64,000 bases of DNA from Dictyostelium discoideum (GCA_000004695.1 CM000152.2:6080001-6144000); one strand, 5' to 3'. Counted from the first letter of the stretch, positions 35,266-49,721 are shown. Notes: generated by a model from the letters alone, not told the origin. Numbers and translations are program-made.

Positions 35266-36290
35266 ATGAAAAAAAATTTAAATAATCTAACAAAAAAAAA
35301 ATTATTTCAATTAAATAATTATAATAATAATTCAAAGAAAATTGAATTTAATAATATAAATATTCAAGAATTTAATAATGGATGTAGAAAAATTATAATA
35401 AATAGAGATGAAAATTCAAATTCTATAAATTCAGAAATTTCAACAAATTTTTTATTAAATAAATTAAATGAATATAAAGAAGATAAAGAAAGTAAATTTA
35501 TAATTCTATGTGGTGATAATAATTTACCAAATTCAAATTCATTATTAAATCAAAATTCTAATAAACCAATTATATCATTTGTAAATGAAATTACTATGGG
35601 TTTAACTTTACATTGTAGTCATAGAATTGTTGGTGATAATGCAATTTGGTCAATTCCAAAAGTAAGCTATTATTATTATTATTATAATTTTAATATTTTA
35701 AAAATTAATTTTAAAATTTTACAAAAAAAAAAAAAAAAAAAAAAAAAAGACTAACGAATTATTTTTTTCAGATTTGGGAACAAGTCATTTCCTTTCAAGA
35801 CTCGGTTCAGTTGGATTATATTTAGGAATAGTTAGAAAAAATATTAGGACAACAGATTTAATTAAAACTAATATTGCAAATAATTATATCCCAAATGAAT
35901 TATTTGATAAAGCAATGTGTGAATTGTGTTTTAGTCCAATGAATAAATGATGATGAAATTGATTTTACAATAAAGAAGTATAAAAAAGAGTTAATTATTG
36001 ATAGAGAGTCGTCGCATTTGGTGAAATACAGGGATATAATCGATAGATGTTTTAATAGAAATTTTAAATCAGTTCAAGAGATCATTAATCATTTAAAGAA
36101 TGAAATACTTTTTGATGATATTCCACACGAAAAACAATGGGCCATAAATACATTGTCAATATTGGAAAACTCATGTCAATCTTCAGTTTCTGTTTCATTT
36201 GAAAATATTCAACGTTCATTATATTTAAATATAAATGAAATTTTTGAAAATGAAAATAGAATTATTTCGAAAACAATTGGAAAAAAATGA
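35266..36290 (+). pseudogene. HIBCH-like (3-hydroxyisobutyryl-CoA hydrolase / enoyl-CoA hydratase fold) gene with an apparent +1 frameshift
   Basis: Exon 1 is 35266..35661 (...KFIILCGDNN...FVNEITMGLTLHCSHRIVGDNAIWSIPK; donor GTAAGC). Exon 2 starts at 35750 after an 88-nt intron (TNELFFSDLGTSHFLSRLGSVGLYLGIVRK..., which aligns to [20 protein letters not shown] of HIBCH). The frame hits TGA at 35948..35950. Homology to the HIBCH C-terminal half (MDKINSCFS...) then continues in the +1 frame from 35943 to 36290 (DDEIDFTIKKYKKELIIDRESSHLVKYRDIIDRCFNRNF...). No intron signals lie between the two frames. The catalytic Gly/Glu positions are also substituted (ITMGLTLH for ITMGGGVG; PK for PE). Confidence 0.5.
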
Positions 36291-36712
36291 CTTTCCTAAA
36301 TTGTTAACAATCCATAAATCTCAAAAACCAATTTTCTCTCCCTCTTCAATTAATGAAATAAGTCAAACTATAAAGTTTCCTTTTTTTTTTTTTGTATTTC
36401 TTTAAAAGATAAAAAAAAAAAAAAAAAAAATAAATAATCAATAATTCCAGGTTTTTTTTTTTTATTTATTTTATATTTAATATTTCCAAAAATAGAAAAA
36501 TAGAAAAAATAAAAAATAATTTTATGGAAATAAAACAATTCTCAAATTTTTATTATTATTATTTTATTATTAATATTTGTACACAATATTGGAAATGATT
36601 AACTTTGAAATTTATTTTCAGGCAACTGATAAAATTTTTAAAAGAAAAAATCAATTGTTCAATGAAAATCAAAAAAAACAAAAAAAAAAAATAAAAATAA
36701 AAATAATAAATA

Positions 36713-36755
<43 letters not shown>

Positions 36756-37074
36756 GTTTAAAAAGATATTAGAAAAAGACATGCAAATAATAAATAAATT
36801 TTTTTTTTTAAAACAAAAAAAAAAAAAAAAAAAAAAAAAAAACATTTTTGTGTCATATGATCAAAATTCCTTAATATTGAAAAAAAAAACACTTTTTGTT
36901 AGATCTTTTGGCGATCGTTAATTTTTTTTAAATTCTATTTTTTTATTTTTTTTTTAACTCATCGATTGAGCCACCGTGATTACTTTGAGATATTTTTTAA
37001 TTTCACACAAAGTTTTGTTTTTTTTTTTATTTTTTATTTTTTATTTTTCATTTTTTATTATGGTTATTAATTTT

Positions 37075-37109
<35 letters not shown>

Positions 37110-37502
37110 TATTTTTTTATTGTACCCACACCATTCTATAATATATTATATATTTATTTTTAAAATTTTTCATTTTCTTGAAAAATAAAATTAAAAAAAA
37201 AAATAAAAATAATTTTTAAAAAAAAAAAAATACAGCTATAATATTTTTATAATCACTAATATATTTATAAATAGCATCTTGATCAATTTTTTTTAAATAA
37301 AATAAAAAAAATATTTTCACCTTATGTATGTGTTCTAAAAATAACTAAAAAAAAAAATAAAATAAAATAAAAAAAAATAATAGTAGAAAAAATGGTTTTT
37401 ATTTTTTTTTTTTATTTTATTTTTTTTTTTTTTTATTTATTTTTTTTTTTTTCGCACCCGAATTATTTTAAACGTTTAAAAATTTTTTTTTTATTTTATT
37501 TG

Positions 37503-37542
<40 letters not shown>

Positions 37543-38340
37543 AATTTTTAAACGTGTAATAATAAAAAAAGATTTTTCTTTTTTCTCAATAAATTAAATA
37601 ACATAAACCAATAATTTTCATATCACAAAAGGTAGTAATAATAATAATAAAAAAAAAATATACAACAAAAAATATCAAAATTATATTATTAGTAATATTA
37701 CTGTCAATAGCAATAATAATAATAATAACAACAATAGTTGTAAGAGTAATAATAAAAATAATTATAATTATAATAATGATAATAATGATAATAACAATAG
37801 CAGCACAGCAACAGCAAAGAAAAATAACAAAGAGAATTTAAATCCTCCTAACATATATCATCATCTTTATCGACTAAGGTGGGAGGGGGATTAATTTTTA
37901 ATCAAATAAATAAATCTCTACAATCCATACCCCAACCATCATAATCATAATAAAATACTCACAAAATTATTCACACACACACACACACAGCAGTAACAAA
38001 CTAACATACATACACTCACACACACAACACTCCCACACACAACACTCCCACACATTAACACACACACAAAATTTAAAATATTTTTTTTTATTTTTTTCTA
38101 TTTTTTATTTTTTTTTTTTAAAAATAAAAAAAAAAAAAAAAAAAAAAAACCATAACAATATATTAACACAAAATAAAAAAAAAAAAAAAAAAAATATACA
38201 TATAATATATATAACATATAATAGAATAAAATATTTTAGAAACTATAAACTTTAATTTAACCAATCAAAACCAAAAAGGTTTACAACAATAGCAATAGCG
38301 CTAAAAAACCAAATAGTTTTATAATCAATCAATTATCAAA

Positions 38341-40074
38341 ATGACAGATTACCCATTCTATAAACCAGATGATGAAACCAATATAATATATAATATAAAT
38401 ATAAATAAAAAAGAAGGATTTAGTGCGATTAAATCTTGTTCATTAGCAAAATTAATAGAGAAATTAACATCAACAAAACAACTTCGTATGTTTCTTTAAA
38501 AAACAAAAAAAAAAAAAAAAAAAAAAAAATAGATGTATGACTAATTAATTATTTTTTATATATATACATTGGTTTTTTTTTTTAAATTATTTTAGACACA
38601 TATTTTTCATCAGCTTTTTTTTTAACATATAGAGATTTTACAACCCCACTAGAGATTATTAATCTTTTAATTAGTAGATATACAGGACCACCACCTGATT
38701 CAAGTAAAGATTCTTTAAGATTATTTGAAATTGAAGTTGATATTGTTCAAGCAAAGTAAGTTTTTTTTTTTTTTTTTTTTATTATTAATTATTTTTAAAA
38801 ACCAATTTTAATAATATTTTTTTTTTATTTTTTTTTTATTTTTTTTTTTTAAAAATAGTGTTTTAAGTATATTTAGGACACTTATTGGAACATTAATACA
38901 AGTAGATTTCGATACACCAAAATTATCAAGTTCAATTATAGAATTTTTCAATTCGTTACCAGAAAGTGTAAAAAATGAACTCTTTTTAGAATTTTTTAAA
39001 GCAAAGAAAATGGCAAGACCACCCGGATCAATTCCCAAACCTGTAAATAGTAATATAATATCATCAGCCGCTTCAACAATGCGTTTTTCATATTCTGTTA
39101 GTCCAGTTTGTATCCCAATATTAATAATTTATTTAAATTTTTTTATTTATTATTAATTTTTTTTTTTTTTTTAATACAATCACAGAAAACACAATCACCA
39201 AATTCTACAAATAATGTTTTATCAGGCTTATTATCAAATAATGGTAGTAATACAATGAATGGTATAAATGGTACAAGTAATAATAATGTAAATAGTAATA
39301 ATAACAATAATAATGGAACAACAAATATTAGTTCACCAAATTTTGATCCAAGTAGATCATCGATGAAAATGGGTAAAGGTATAATGAAATTACTTCAATC
39401 TAATATAGCTAATTTTAATAATCAACAAAATGGAGGAGGAGGTGGTGGTAGTAATAATGGTACATCACCACAAAGTTCACCATCATCAACACTTTCAAGC
39501 ACAAACTCATTATTCAATCAACAACCATCATTATCAATGTTAAATGATGATGGTTCTGTACAAAACAACAATAACAACAATAACAACAACAACAACAACA
39601 ACAATGTAAATGAAATTTCAACAATAAATGTACAATTACCACCATCAACTCCACCAATTAATGGTATACCAGGTGAGAAAACTGCATTCTTACCAGAGGC
39701 AATCGCCAAAGAATTGACCATTATGGAATGGGAATTAATCACAGCTTTAAGTGTTAGTGATATTACCAGTAAAGAATGGAATAAATCTGTAAATATTCAA
39801 AATTTAACAACTTGGTTCAATAGAATTAGTTCATGGGTTTCAACTAAGATCATATCAAAAGAAACACCAGAAGAAAGAGCAATCATTATTGAAGCTTTTA
39901 TTAATATAGCAAACTTTGCAAAAGAATTAAAAAATTATAATTGTGTTATGGAAATCTTAGGTAGTTTACATGGTTCTTCAATAAGTAGATTAAAATCAAG
40001 TTGGGCTGTATGTATATAATAGTCTTTTAAAATATATATATATATTTATTAAAATTAATAAAAAATAGTCTTTT

Positions 40075-40109
<35 letters not shown>

Positions 40110-42289
40110 TAAAATTAATTATTAATTTTTATTTTTATTTTTCAAATAATTATTTATAGTTATTATCACAAAAAACAAATGACATGTTTCAAATTTTAAA
40201 TAATTTAATGACAACAGATGGTAATTTTAAAAATTATCGTAAAATTTTAACAACAGTATTACCAAATGAACCATGTATACCCTATTTGGGTTTATTTTTA
40301 ACAGATTATACTTATTTGGATGAATCGAATCCATCATTATCAACCGATAGTAATTTGATAAATATTGATAGAATTTTTTTGATTAGTACTCGTGTTCAAG
40401 AGTTTTTTCAATTGTTTACAAATTGTAACTATACATTCATTTCAAATATGTCTGTACGTGATGCGATTTTAGGTGAAAAGGTTTGGGATGAAAATGAAAT
40501 TTTTAGACTTTCAAAGATTAGAGAAGAGACATCATCATTACAATCATTAAAAGAATCAAATGGTATAGGTAATAGTAATAGTACAAGTGGAGGTAGTAGT
40601 AGTAGTTTAGTCAATAAAGATGGTAGTGGTGGTGGTGGTGGTAGTGGCGGTGGTGGTAGTGTTAATAGTAAAGGTGATGGTAAAGGTGATGGTAAAGATA
40701 ATCGAGATGGTAGAGGTGATGGTAATAGTAATTGTGGTAATGGTAGTGGTATTAGTAGCAAAGATAAAGATTTACTATTATCATCATCATCATCAGCAGC
40801 ATCACATACAGTTAGAAGAAAGAATTTTGTAACCAAATATCGTATGTCATTCACTGGTAACGATCCATTACCATCGGTTTCATCGACATTGTCCGAAAGA
40901 GAATGGAAGATCTTAACAACAAATTCTAAAACCATCATTTATCCAAGAGGTAAAACTGTATTAAGTGTGGGTGAAACCAATACCAATATTTATCGTGTAA
41001 TCTCTGGTAGAGTAAAAGTTGAAACTTTGAAATCATTCAATTCATCCGATGCTGATTTAGGTGCAGGTGGTGGTGGAGGTGGCGATAATCGTGGCGAAGA
41101 TAATAGTTTGATGGCAATTAAAGCAAGGAATCGTCTATCATTGAATTTACCTGCTCAGGATGATGGTTACTATGTTGAAGAGGGTGAAATATTTGGTCAA
41201 GAATCATTCCTCTACACTGATAGACCTATGCTTTCAAATATTATTGTCGATAGTGGAGAATGTGAATTAATGGAGATTGAAAAATCATTTGTATTACAAT
41301 TATTTGCAAGTGAACACCAACTATCTGCAACTTTTTATAAATTTATTGGTGTAATTCAAGCTCAACTATTAAAATCAATTTATATCAATTTTACAAGTAA
41401 TTATGGTAACGGTGGTAGTGGTGGTAGTGGTAGCAATGGCAATGGTGGTGGTAGTAGCAATGGTGCGGGTGGTGGTGGTTTAAGTAGTAGTGTTAGTATT
41501 GGTAATTTAAATTCACCAAATATCAATAGAATCGATTTTAAAAGAAGATCAACAATCTTTGAAACACCATCATCATTGGATATATTACGTGATGGTAATG
41601 ATTCATCTTTTAGAACTAAATTTGGGTTATCACAAGATGAAGTTATCATTAAACGTTATCAATGTAAACATAATAATATGAATGGTACATTATATATCAC
41701 AAAACATAATCTATGTTTTGAGGGTAAATTCCTTGGTATAAATAAAAATAAAACCATACCATTCGATCGAACCGATAAAATCTTAACAGTTGATAAAAAT
41801 ATTATGACTGTCACTACAAAAGAAAAAGTAAAGAAATTCACTTTTAAATCACATGATGATCTAAATGAAGGTTATGGTATTTCAGTTCAAATTTGGGCAA
41901 ATCATTTAAATATTAATGTTAAACAACAATTACAATTACAACAACAACAATTACAACAACAACAACAACAACCATCCCAACAACCATCTCAACAACAATC
42001 TCAATCATCACAATTACAACAATCAGTTAGTGCATCATCAACAACACCACCTGTACCAAATTCACCAAAAGTTGGACGTGGTGAATCATTTAGTAATATT
42101 AAAGATTTACCATCAAAAGATGAATGGAATCAAATTCTTAAAGGTACAAAACCATTAACCTTTAAAAAAGGTGAAATTTTAATTTGTGAAGGTGTTGAAT
42201 ATCAAAAAATGTTTCAAATTGTCAAAGGTGAATGTTCAGTTGTTAAAAGTTTATTACCAACTCCATTGGATCAAAATATTTTTAATAAT

Positions 42290-42351
<62 letters not shown>

Positions 42352-42724
42352 TAATAATAATAATAATAATAATGGAAATAATAATAATAGTATATTTAAA
42401 AATAATTCATCAATTAGTAATACAAATAGTAATACATCGATTGATGGTGGAGTTGGTGGTGGTTTATCACCACAAACATTAGTTGATCCAAAAAATTCTG
42501 TTATTGTTTCAAAATTAACTCATGGAAGTATTTTTGGTGAAATGTCTTTCTTATTACCAGGTGGTAGCGCAACATCTTTGGTTGTCTCAAGTGATGAAGT
42601 CGAAGTATATATTATCGAAAGTTATTTCCTTCATATTCTATTAAAATCAAAACCTTATTTAGCAAGTAAATTTTATAAATATTTAGCCTGTGTACTTGAA
42701 ACACGTGTCCGTAATTTAACTTAA
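38341..42724 (+). CDS. gbpD: Cyclic nucleotide-binding RasGEF (RasGEF-N, RasGEF/CDC25, cNMP-binding, GRAM, cNMP-binding; about 1312 aa, five exons), matching the Dictyostelium GbpD architecture
   Basis: The five exons are 38341..38485 (donor GTATGT), 38596..38755 (donor GTAAGT), 38859..39105 (donor GTTTGT), 39186..40007 (donor GTATGT) and 40160..42724. The RasGEF N-terminal motif is FFLTYRDFTTPLEIINLLISRY. The CDC25 domain includes LPEAIAKELTIMEWELITAL, ERAIIIEAFINIANFAKELKNYNCVMEILGSLH and CIPYLGLFLTDYTYLDE. cNMP-binding domain 1 includes GEIFGQESFL. The GRAM domain includes FRTKFGLSQDEVIIKRYQC...LYITKHNLCF. cNMP-binding domain 2 includes GSIFGEMSFLLPG. Confidence 0.8.
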
Positions 42725-42800
42725 AAAAAATTAAAAAAATAAAAAAAAATAAAAAATAATAATATGATAAAAATAATAATAATCAAAAATAATAATCAAA

Positions 42801-42904
<104 letters not shown>

Positions 42905-43376
42905 TAATAAAATAATAATAATATTTATTTATTTAAATGGTGTATAAAGAAAAAAAAAAAAATAAAAATAAAATTTTTAAAAAAAAAAAAAAAAAAATAA
43001 ACCCCTGTTTTTTTTTTCAAATAATTATATTGGTAGCTGTTTTATTACCACAAATTAATTTCCGATTTTTAGATCATATTACTAAATAATTATTTATAAT
43101 TATTTTAATTTTTAATTTTTTATTTTTTTATTTTTTTTAATTTTTTTTTTTAATTTTTTTCATTTTTTTTTTATAATTTTATTTTTTTTATTTTTTTTTC
43201 TTTTTTTCTTTTTTCTTTAATTGCCACCCCCTTTTTTAGAATTGGAATAAATAATAATAATAATAATAATAATAATAATTTATTCAATTTCATTTCAAAC
43301 AAATAAATATCATTTTTAAAAAAAGAAAAAAAAATAAAAATAAAAAATAAAAAAAAAAAAATATAATTATATAAAA

Positions 43377-43829
43377 ATGTTTGATTTTATTCCAGAAGAA
43401 GCAGTTTGGGCAATTTTAATTATTGTTATAATTTATCTTTTAAAAGTTATATTATCACCAGCAAAAGATTATGTTCCAACTAAAGTTGTACAAAAACCAG
43501 TTTACGAAAAAAGAGATTATTCATTAGAGGAAATTAAAGATTTTAAAGGAATTGATGAAACAAAACCAATTTTCATCGCAATTAAAGGTAAAATTTATGA
43601 TGTAACTGCAAAGAAATCAACTTATGGTCCAGGTGGCTCATATCATTTATTTGCAGGAAATGATGCTACAGTCTGTTTGGCCAAAAGTTCATTCGAAGAA
43701 TCTGACATTAATCAACCATGGACAAATCAATCATTAGATGATTTAACTGCAGATCAAAAAGATTCACTTAAAAATTGGATTGATTTCTTTAGTGAAAGAT
43801 ATACTTTAGTTGGAAATGTTAAAGAATAA
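43377..43829 (+). CDS. Membrane-associated progesterone receptor component / cytochrome b5-like heme-steroid binding protein (MAPR family)
   Basis: A 150-aa single-exon ORF with an N-terminal TM helix followed by a cyt-b5-like domain (LEEIKDFKG...IFIAIKGKIYDVTAKKSTYGPGGSYHLFAGNDAT). Confidence 0.75.
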   Translation: MFDFIPEEAVWAILIIVIIYLLKVILSPAKDYVPTKVVQKPVYEKRDYSLEEIKDFKGIDETKPIFIAIKGKIYDVTAKKSTYGPGGSYHLFAGNDATVCLAKSSFEESDINQPWTNQSLDDLTADQKDSLKNWIDFFSERYTLVGNVKE

Positions 43830-44056
43830 AAGTTTTTAAAAATATATAAAAAAAAATAAATAAACAAATAAATAAATTGAATAATATATTTATAATTGTA
43901 TATAATTCTAAAAAAAAAAAAAAAAATAATAAAAAAATAATAAAAAAAAAAAAATGGATTAAAAATAGTTTAAAAAGTGTATTTGTTTTTATTTTTTTTT
44001 TTGTTTTTTTATTTTTTTTTTTATTTGTTTTTTTATTTGTTTTATTATTATTATTT

Positions 44057-45277
44057 TTAAAATGTTGATCTTGCCATATTTTTATAACCAATACCTAAAC
44101 AAGTGAATAAAACAGTTTTTGAATTTTGATCAGGTTCAATTTTAAAGGTAACACCAAAGAAATCACGTAATTGACGAATGAATTCAATTGTGTATGGAGT
44201 GATTTTACCTAATCTAACTTTTGAAATATCTTCTGGACATAAAACCATGAATAGTAATGCTAAACTTTGATTATGACTATCGATACAACCACCATTGAAA
44301 ATCTCTTCTAAAAGTGCAAATGCAGTTCTTTCACCTAAATCTTCAGGTGTTTCAGAGGTTGATTTTTGTTTTTGTAATTGTTGTTCAGTTGTGGCAATAC
44401 CAGTATTACTCATACATTCAGCTGATAAACAACAGCCAGTTGTAGTTTCAGCAACTAAAGTTAAACCGTAACCTGGTGATAAACCAGACTCGTTACCTTT
44501 ATAATGATCACTTGAAATGTAAACATCTGGTGTATACTCTAATAATAATCCCTTTGCTTTATCTAAAACTCTATTTGAAAATTGTGGTGAGATACGTGTT
44601 GCATAAGCAATACCACGTATTCTACGAATTTTACCTTCATCTATTAATTGAATTGCCTTTAAATGTGGTACAATTGGACATTTAAAATTAACTGATCCAC
44701 CACCATTTGGTGGTGCTCCACGTTTTATTATCTTTATTATTAACCCTTCTTCAATTCCAAATTTTCTAATAATTGGTAATGTTGTAGTTCTAATTGTATC
44801 AATCTTTTTAAAAAATAATATTAAAATAATATTAATATTTACATATTTTATATTATTTTTATTTTTATTTATTTATTATTTTTTTATTTTTAAAAAAATA
44901 TACATTACTGTTAAATCTATATCATTATTTGTAATACCATTTAAAGTTATATCTAATGGTGCTTTTGCGAAAGGACCTAAACAAATTAAAGCTTCAACAA
45001 AATAACCAATACCTCTGACTGTACCACATTCATGAGTGATACCTTTACCACCGATGATAATACCTGGAATATATGTAATTTGTGTACCTGTTGAATTAAT
45101 CTCTATCTTTGATCCATTTGTAATCTTATCTACTAAACGTAAGAATGATGCTTCATAATCTCTTAAACCTGGTTTCTCATCTTCATCTCTTATATTTGTA
45201 ATTCTGATCGCTTTACCACTAAGTGTTGAACATATAATTCTTTGTCTAAAATGTGTTGATCCTTGAAATTTTAACAT
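44057..45277 (-). CDS. rcl1: RNA 3'-terminal phosphate cyclase-like protein (Rcl1; about 371 aa, two exons)
   Basis: Exon 1 is 45277..44909 (MLKFQGSTHFRQRIICSTLSGKAIRITNIR...; donor GTAATG, phase 0). Exon 2 is 44803..44057 (IDTIRTTTLPIIRKFGIEEGL...GAPPNGGGSVNFKCP...) after a 105-nt intron. The N-terminus matches yeast Rcl1 (FQGSQNFRLRIVLATLSGKPIKI). Confidence 0.8.
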
Positions 45278-45802
45278 TTTTTTTTCTTTTTTTTTTTTAA
45301 TATATATACATAAAAATAGTTGTAACTAAAAAAAAAAAAAAAAAATCAAAAAAAAAAAAAAAAAAAAAAAAAAACGAGCGACAATTTTTTTTTTTTTAAA
45401 ATTTATTTTTTATTTATTTATTTATTTTTTTTTTTTACGAAAAAAAAACTATTTAAAGAAGGAAAATTGTGGAAAAGATTTTAAATAAAATTTAATAATA
45501 ATTAAAAATTTTAATATATTTAATATTTAATATATTTATTTATATTTTTTATTTTTTTTTTTCTTCTTTTAATCCCTAAAAATAAAGTGGCAAAAGATTT
45601 AAGAAATTTTTACTAATAATACACCAATTCTTTTTACCATTTTTTTTATTTATATATTTTTAATGTTTTTTTTTTTTTTTTTTTCTTTGTATACAATTAT
45701 AATTTCGCAAATCCTATTATAATATTTTTGTTTTTGTTTTTGTTTTTGTTTTTGTTTTTGTTTTTGTTTTTGTTTTTTTTTTTTTTTTTTTCAAAAAATC
45801 TT

Positions 45803-45844
<42 letters not shown>

Positions 45845-45851
45845 ATCTTTT

Positions 45852-46681
45852 TTAACCATGAATATCGATAGTTACATCATCAGCACCAATCTTTTTCATT
45901 TCAATTGGATTATTATCAGTGGCACTACTATTTTTACTTGTACTTTCTTCAATACTACTTGCACCAAATGAACCAGAGTTATTTTCAGCAGATTTCATTG
46001 AAGAACCAGCATTTGAAGCACCTTGAGAACTTGCACCACCACTATTTGATTTTCTTCTCATTTGAGCAGCAACAGAAAGTGAAGATTTTTCATCAGTTGC
46101 CAATTCCAACATACGGAATTGGTAGAATGCTAAAATACCAGTTGCTAAAACGATTGGAATATGAACACCAAAATCAATGGCAACAGTATTATTCATTTTA
46201 AGTTCTGTATTTGTATGGAAAAATGGATGTGGATATTGAATAACGAATAGGAAAGTGATTGCAATTGATGAAAATATTGATACTTTTTTACCTGGACTTG
46301 GTGGTAAAAGTAAAATAGTTCTAAGTGCAATATAGGCAAATGTAAAACCCAATGCAAGAACTGCTGAATTTACAAGATGGAATGTAACAAAAAAGAATTT
46401 TTGATATGCAACATAAGTAGGTTCCAAAGGTTGATAATGGAATGCAACTGGTACTGCAATTGCAAAGAAAATAACACCAATCACTAATCCATGATAATTA
46501 AAGTTTTTATACCATTCTTGTTTTAATGGATCAACTTCTCTACCTTCTTTCATTTTTGATCTCATCATTGCAACTTCATACATTAATTTAATTAAATCTA
46601 AAAAATTATTAAAAAAAAAATTAAAAAAAAAATTAAAAATTAGTATATATATAATAATAATAATTAATTGATTAAAAAAGG

Positions 46682-46723
<42 letters not shown>

Positions 46724-47281
46724 TTTACCATATTGGAAATAACCAAGTACTACAGAACAAAAAGTAATTGTCCAATGAAAAGTTGTCTCCATTGTAATAT
46801 AATCTCTAAGTGGATCATGACCAGTTGTTAAAATAAGGAAATGAGTTGTTGAATGTGGCCACCATTCCATACAAAAAAAACTAATTGTGCACCAGCACCA
46901 TATCTAATTTTTAATTATTATTATTATTGTCATAACAATTAATATCCAAAAATAAAAATAAAATAAAAATAAAAAAAAAAAAAATAAAAAAAAATACATA
47001 CCATTCTTTTTCTTAACATTGAATTTTTAATTTTAAATACACGGAATCCAACTGCAACAAAAAATGCTAAACCAACACCAAATAAACAAGTTTCAAAAAT
47101 ACTCAATATAATTAATGCTGCATTTTGACCTCTATTACGAACCATTTGCATCATACCTTGTTGTGTAAAAATTTGATCACTTTCATTTCTATAACTTTCT
47201 ACATATGTTCTATCTATTAAATTTTTATTAATTTATTAATTTTTTATTTTTTTTTTATTTTTATTATTTTTATATTTTGAT

Positions 47282-47326
<45 letters not shown>

Positions 47327-47432
47327 ACTTACCTACAGAGAGTGCGATTGCCCAACCCACAAGAGTTAACAGAGCAATTTGAACTCTTAAATTCTTTAAC
47401 CAATCAAATTTGGAATCAAATTGTAATCCCAT
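45852..47432 (-). CDS. Multi-pass membrane protein of unknown family (about 410 aa, four exons) with a Ser-rich C-terminal tail
   Basis: Exon 1 is 47432..47333 (donor GTAAGT, phase 1). Exon 2 is 47213..47002 (donor GTATGT, phase 0). Exon 3 is 46903..46729 (donor GTAAAG, phase 1). Exon 4 is 46597..45852. All junctions are frame-consistent. The protein has eight or more hydrophobic helices. Confidence 0.5.
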
Positions 47433-48282
47433 TTTTTATTTTATTTTATTTTTATTTTTATTTTTATTTTTATTTTTATTTTTATTTTACTATTTATTTT
47501 TAGAATGCACACAGTATATTTCTGTGAAAAATAAAATTATAAAACTGAAAAAATATTGGTGTTTTTGTATTGGAAAATAAGAGAATGTTCTAAAAAAAAA
47601 AAAATAAAAAAATAAAAAAATAAAAAAATGGTATAAAAGAATTTTAAAAAAATAAAAAAAAAAAAAAAAAAACAAACAAGATATTTTTGAATATCTTTTG
47701 TGGAATAAAAAAGCAAAAAAAATATGTTGTGTTTTTTTTCCCAAATGAATTGTTTAATGCCAACTTTTTTTTTTTTTTTAAAAAAATAATATAAAAAATA
47801 TAGAAAATAAAAAAAAAATTCGAAAAACTGGATATTTTTTAAAAAAATTAATTTTATTTTAAATTAATAATAACTGAAAATATGAGGACCCATTTTTTTA
47901 TTTTTTTTTTTTATTTTTTTTTCCGATTCCAGATGATTTTTTTTTCAGACCTTAGTGATTGCTAAAAAATAAAAACTACCCCAACCTTACACCATAATAT
48001 TTATTATTTATTTTTATATTTTTTTTTTTTTTGTTTAAAAATAAACTGGTAATTTAAATTGTTGAGGATTAAGAGAATGGATTATTATTGTTTATTGTTT
48101 CGTTTTTCGAAAAAAAAAAAAAAAAAAAAAAAACAATTACTTTTTTTTTTTTTTTTTTCAAATAAAAATGAATGGAAAATCCTAAAAATAGTTACTCTAT
48201 TTCAGTATTAGAGTGATGAAAATAAAATACCACCAACTTTTGGAAAATTATGATCCATTATATAAAAGTTAATCAAATCAAA

Positions 48283-48345
<63 letters not shown>

Positions 48346-48419
48346 ATATATTTCTTTTTTATAGCTATTATTAATTAAATAGTAGTACGAATGTATTTTG
48401 TTTATTTAAAAATTTTATT

Positions 48420-48617
48420 TCATTTATTTAATTTTAATAAATTTAAAAGGTATTGTTTTTTGTCATCATTTGAATAAAATTTTGAAATACTTTCTTCTTT
48501 TTTATTTAAAAGATCTTTAATTTCGTTCCTAATACTATCGCTATTAGAATTTGGTAAATCTAATTAGAGAAAAAAATAAAAAATAATAAAAAAAAATAAA
48601 AAAAGAGTTGTTAGAAA

Positions 48618-48654
<37 letters not shown>

Positions 48655-48656
48655 GC

Positions 48657-48722
<66 letters not shown>

Positions 48723-49721
48723 AATAAATAAAAACTTACTTGATAAAATATTTAAAGTTGAAGTTTTACCATTTAAATCATTTAAAATATTTGATAAAGA
48801 TAAAGATGAATCTAACATTGATCTTATATTTTGTTCAGTTTGTTCAGGCATTGAATTTAAATTTGGATATAAAGAAATGTAAAGTTTTGCCAATTGATTT
48901 AAAATGTTACAAGTCAATTGAGCATGACCAATTTGATTATTTGAAAGGTTTAAACATTCTCTTAATTTATTTTTTGCCAATTCTGGTGAATTATATAAAA
49001 GTAATACACCTTCCAATAGTAATGTTGTACATCTCAATATTAATTGTGGATGATTTGAAAGTGGTGAAAGATAATCATTTACCAATACTGTTGCTCTATC
49101 AATTTGTCCACTATAAATATTTAAAAATATTAATCTTGTTATACATTGAATTTGTGTATCAAATCTAGTACATTTCTTTAATTTAAAAAGAATAAAGTAA
49201 GTATTACTTAAAAAAAAAATAATATTAATTATATATATTTACATTAATTGCAAAATTTAAATGATTTTTTGAATTTTGAAAATCACCAATTGATTGTAAG
49301 AAAATACTAGACATATAATGAATTGTTGATTCAGCACCATCAGTGAATAGTGTAGGATAAGTTTGAAAGATATCAACACAATTTTTAATTTGTTGAAAAG
49401 ATTGATCCAATTCCATAGAGGTAATTTTAATATAAAAAATATTTTCATAAACCAAGAATTTCAAACGTACCAATGCTCTAGATTCTTTCATTTGTTGTGG
49501 TGTTGTATTTGCTTCAGATGAATTGTATATGAAATTTAATTGACTATCAATTAATTGTTGTGATTTCTCTAAACAATAAATCGCCCTTTCTTGTTCACCC
49601 AATGCTCTACTATGAATTGCACAAATTACATAACATACACATGATAAATATTGTGGTCCACATGTAAGATGAAATATTGGTATTGCTAAAATATCTTTTG
49701 GTTGTGGTAATTGTTGTGGTA

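Noticed and set aside
35950-36018. Possible intron joining the two HIBCH-like frames
   Set aside because: There is no GT...AG pair with AT-rich intron composition. The sequence between the frames is coding-like and the homology is continuous across it, so a 1-nt indel is the simpler explanation.
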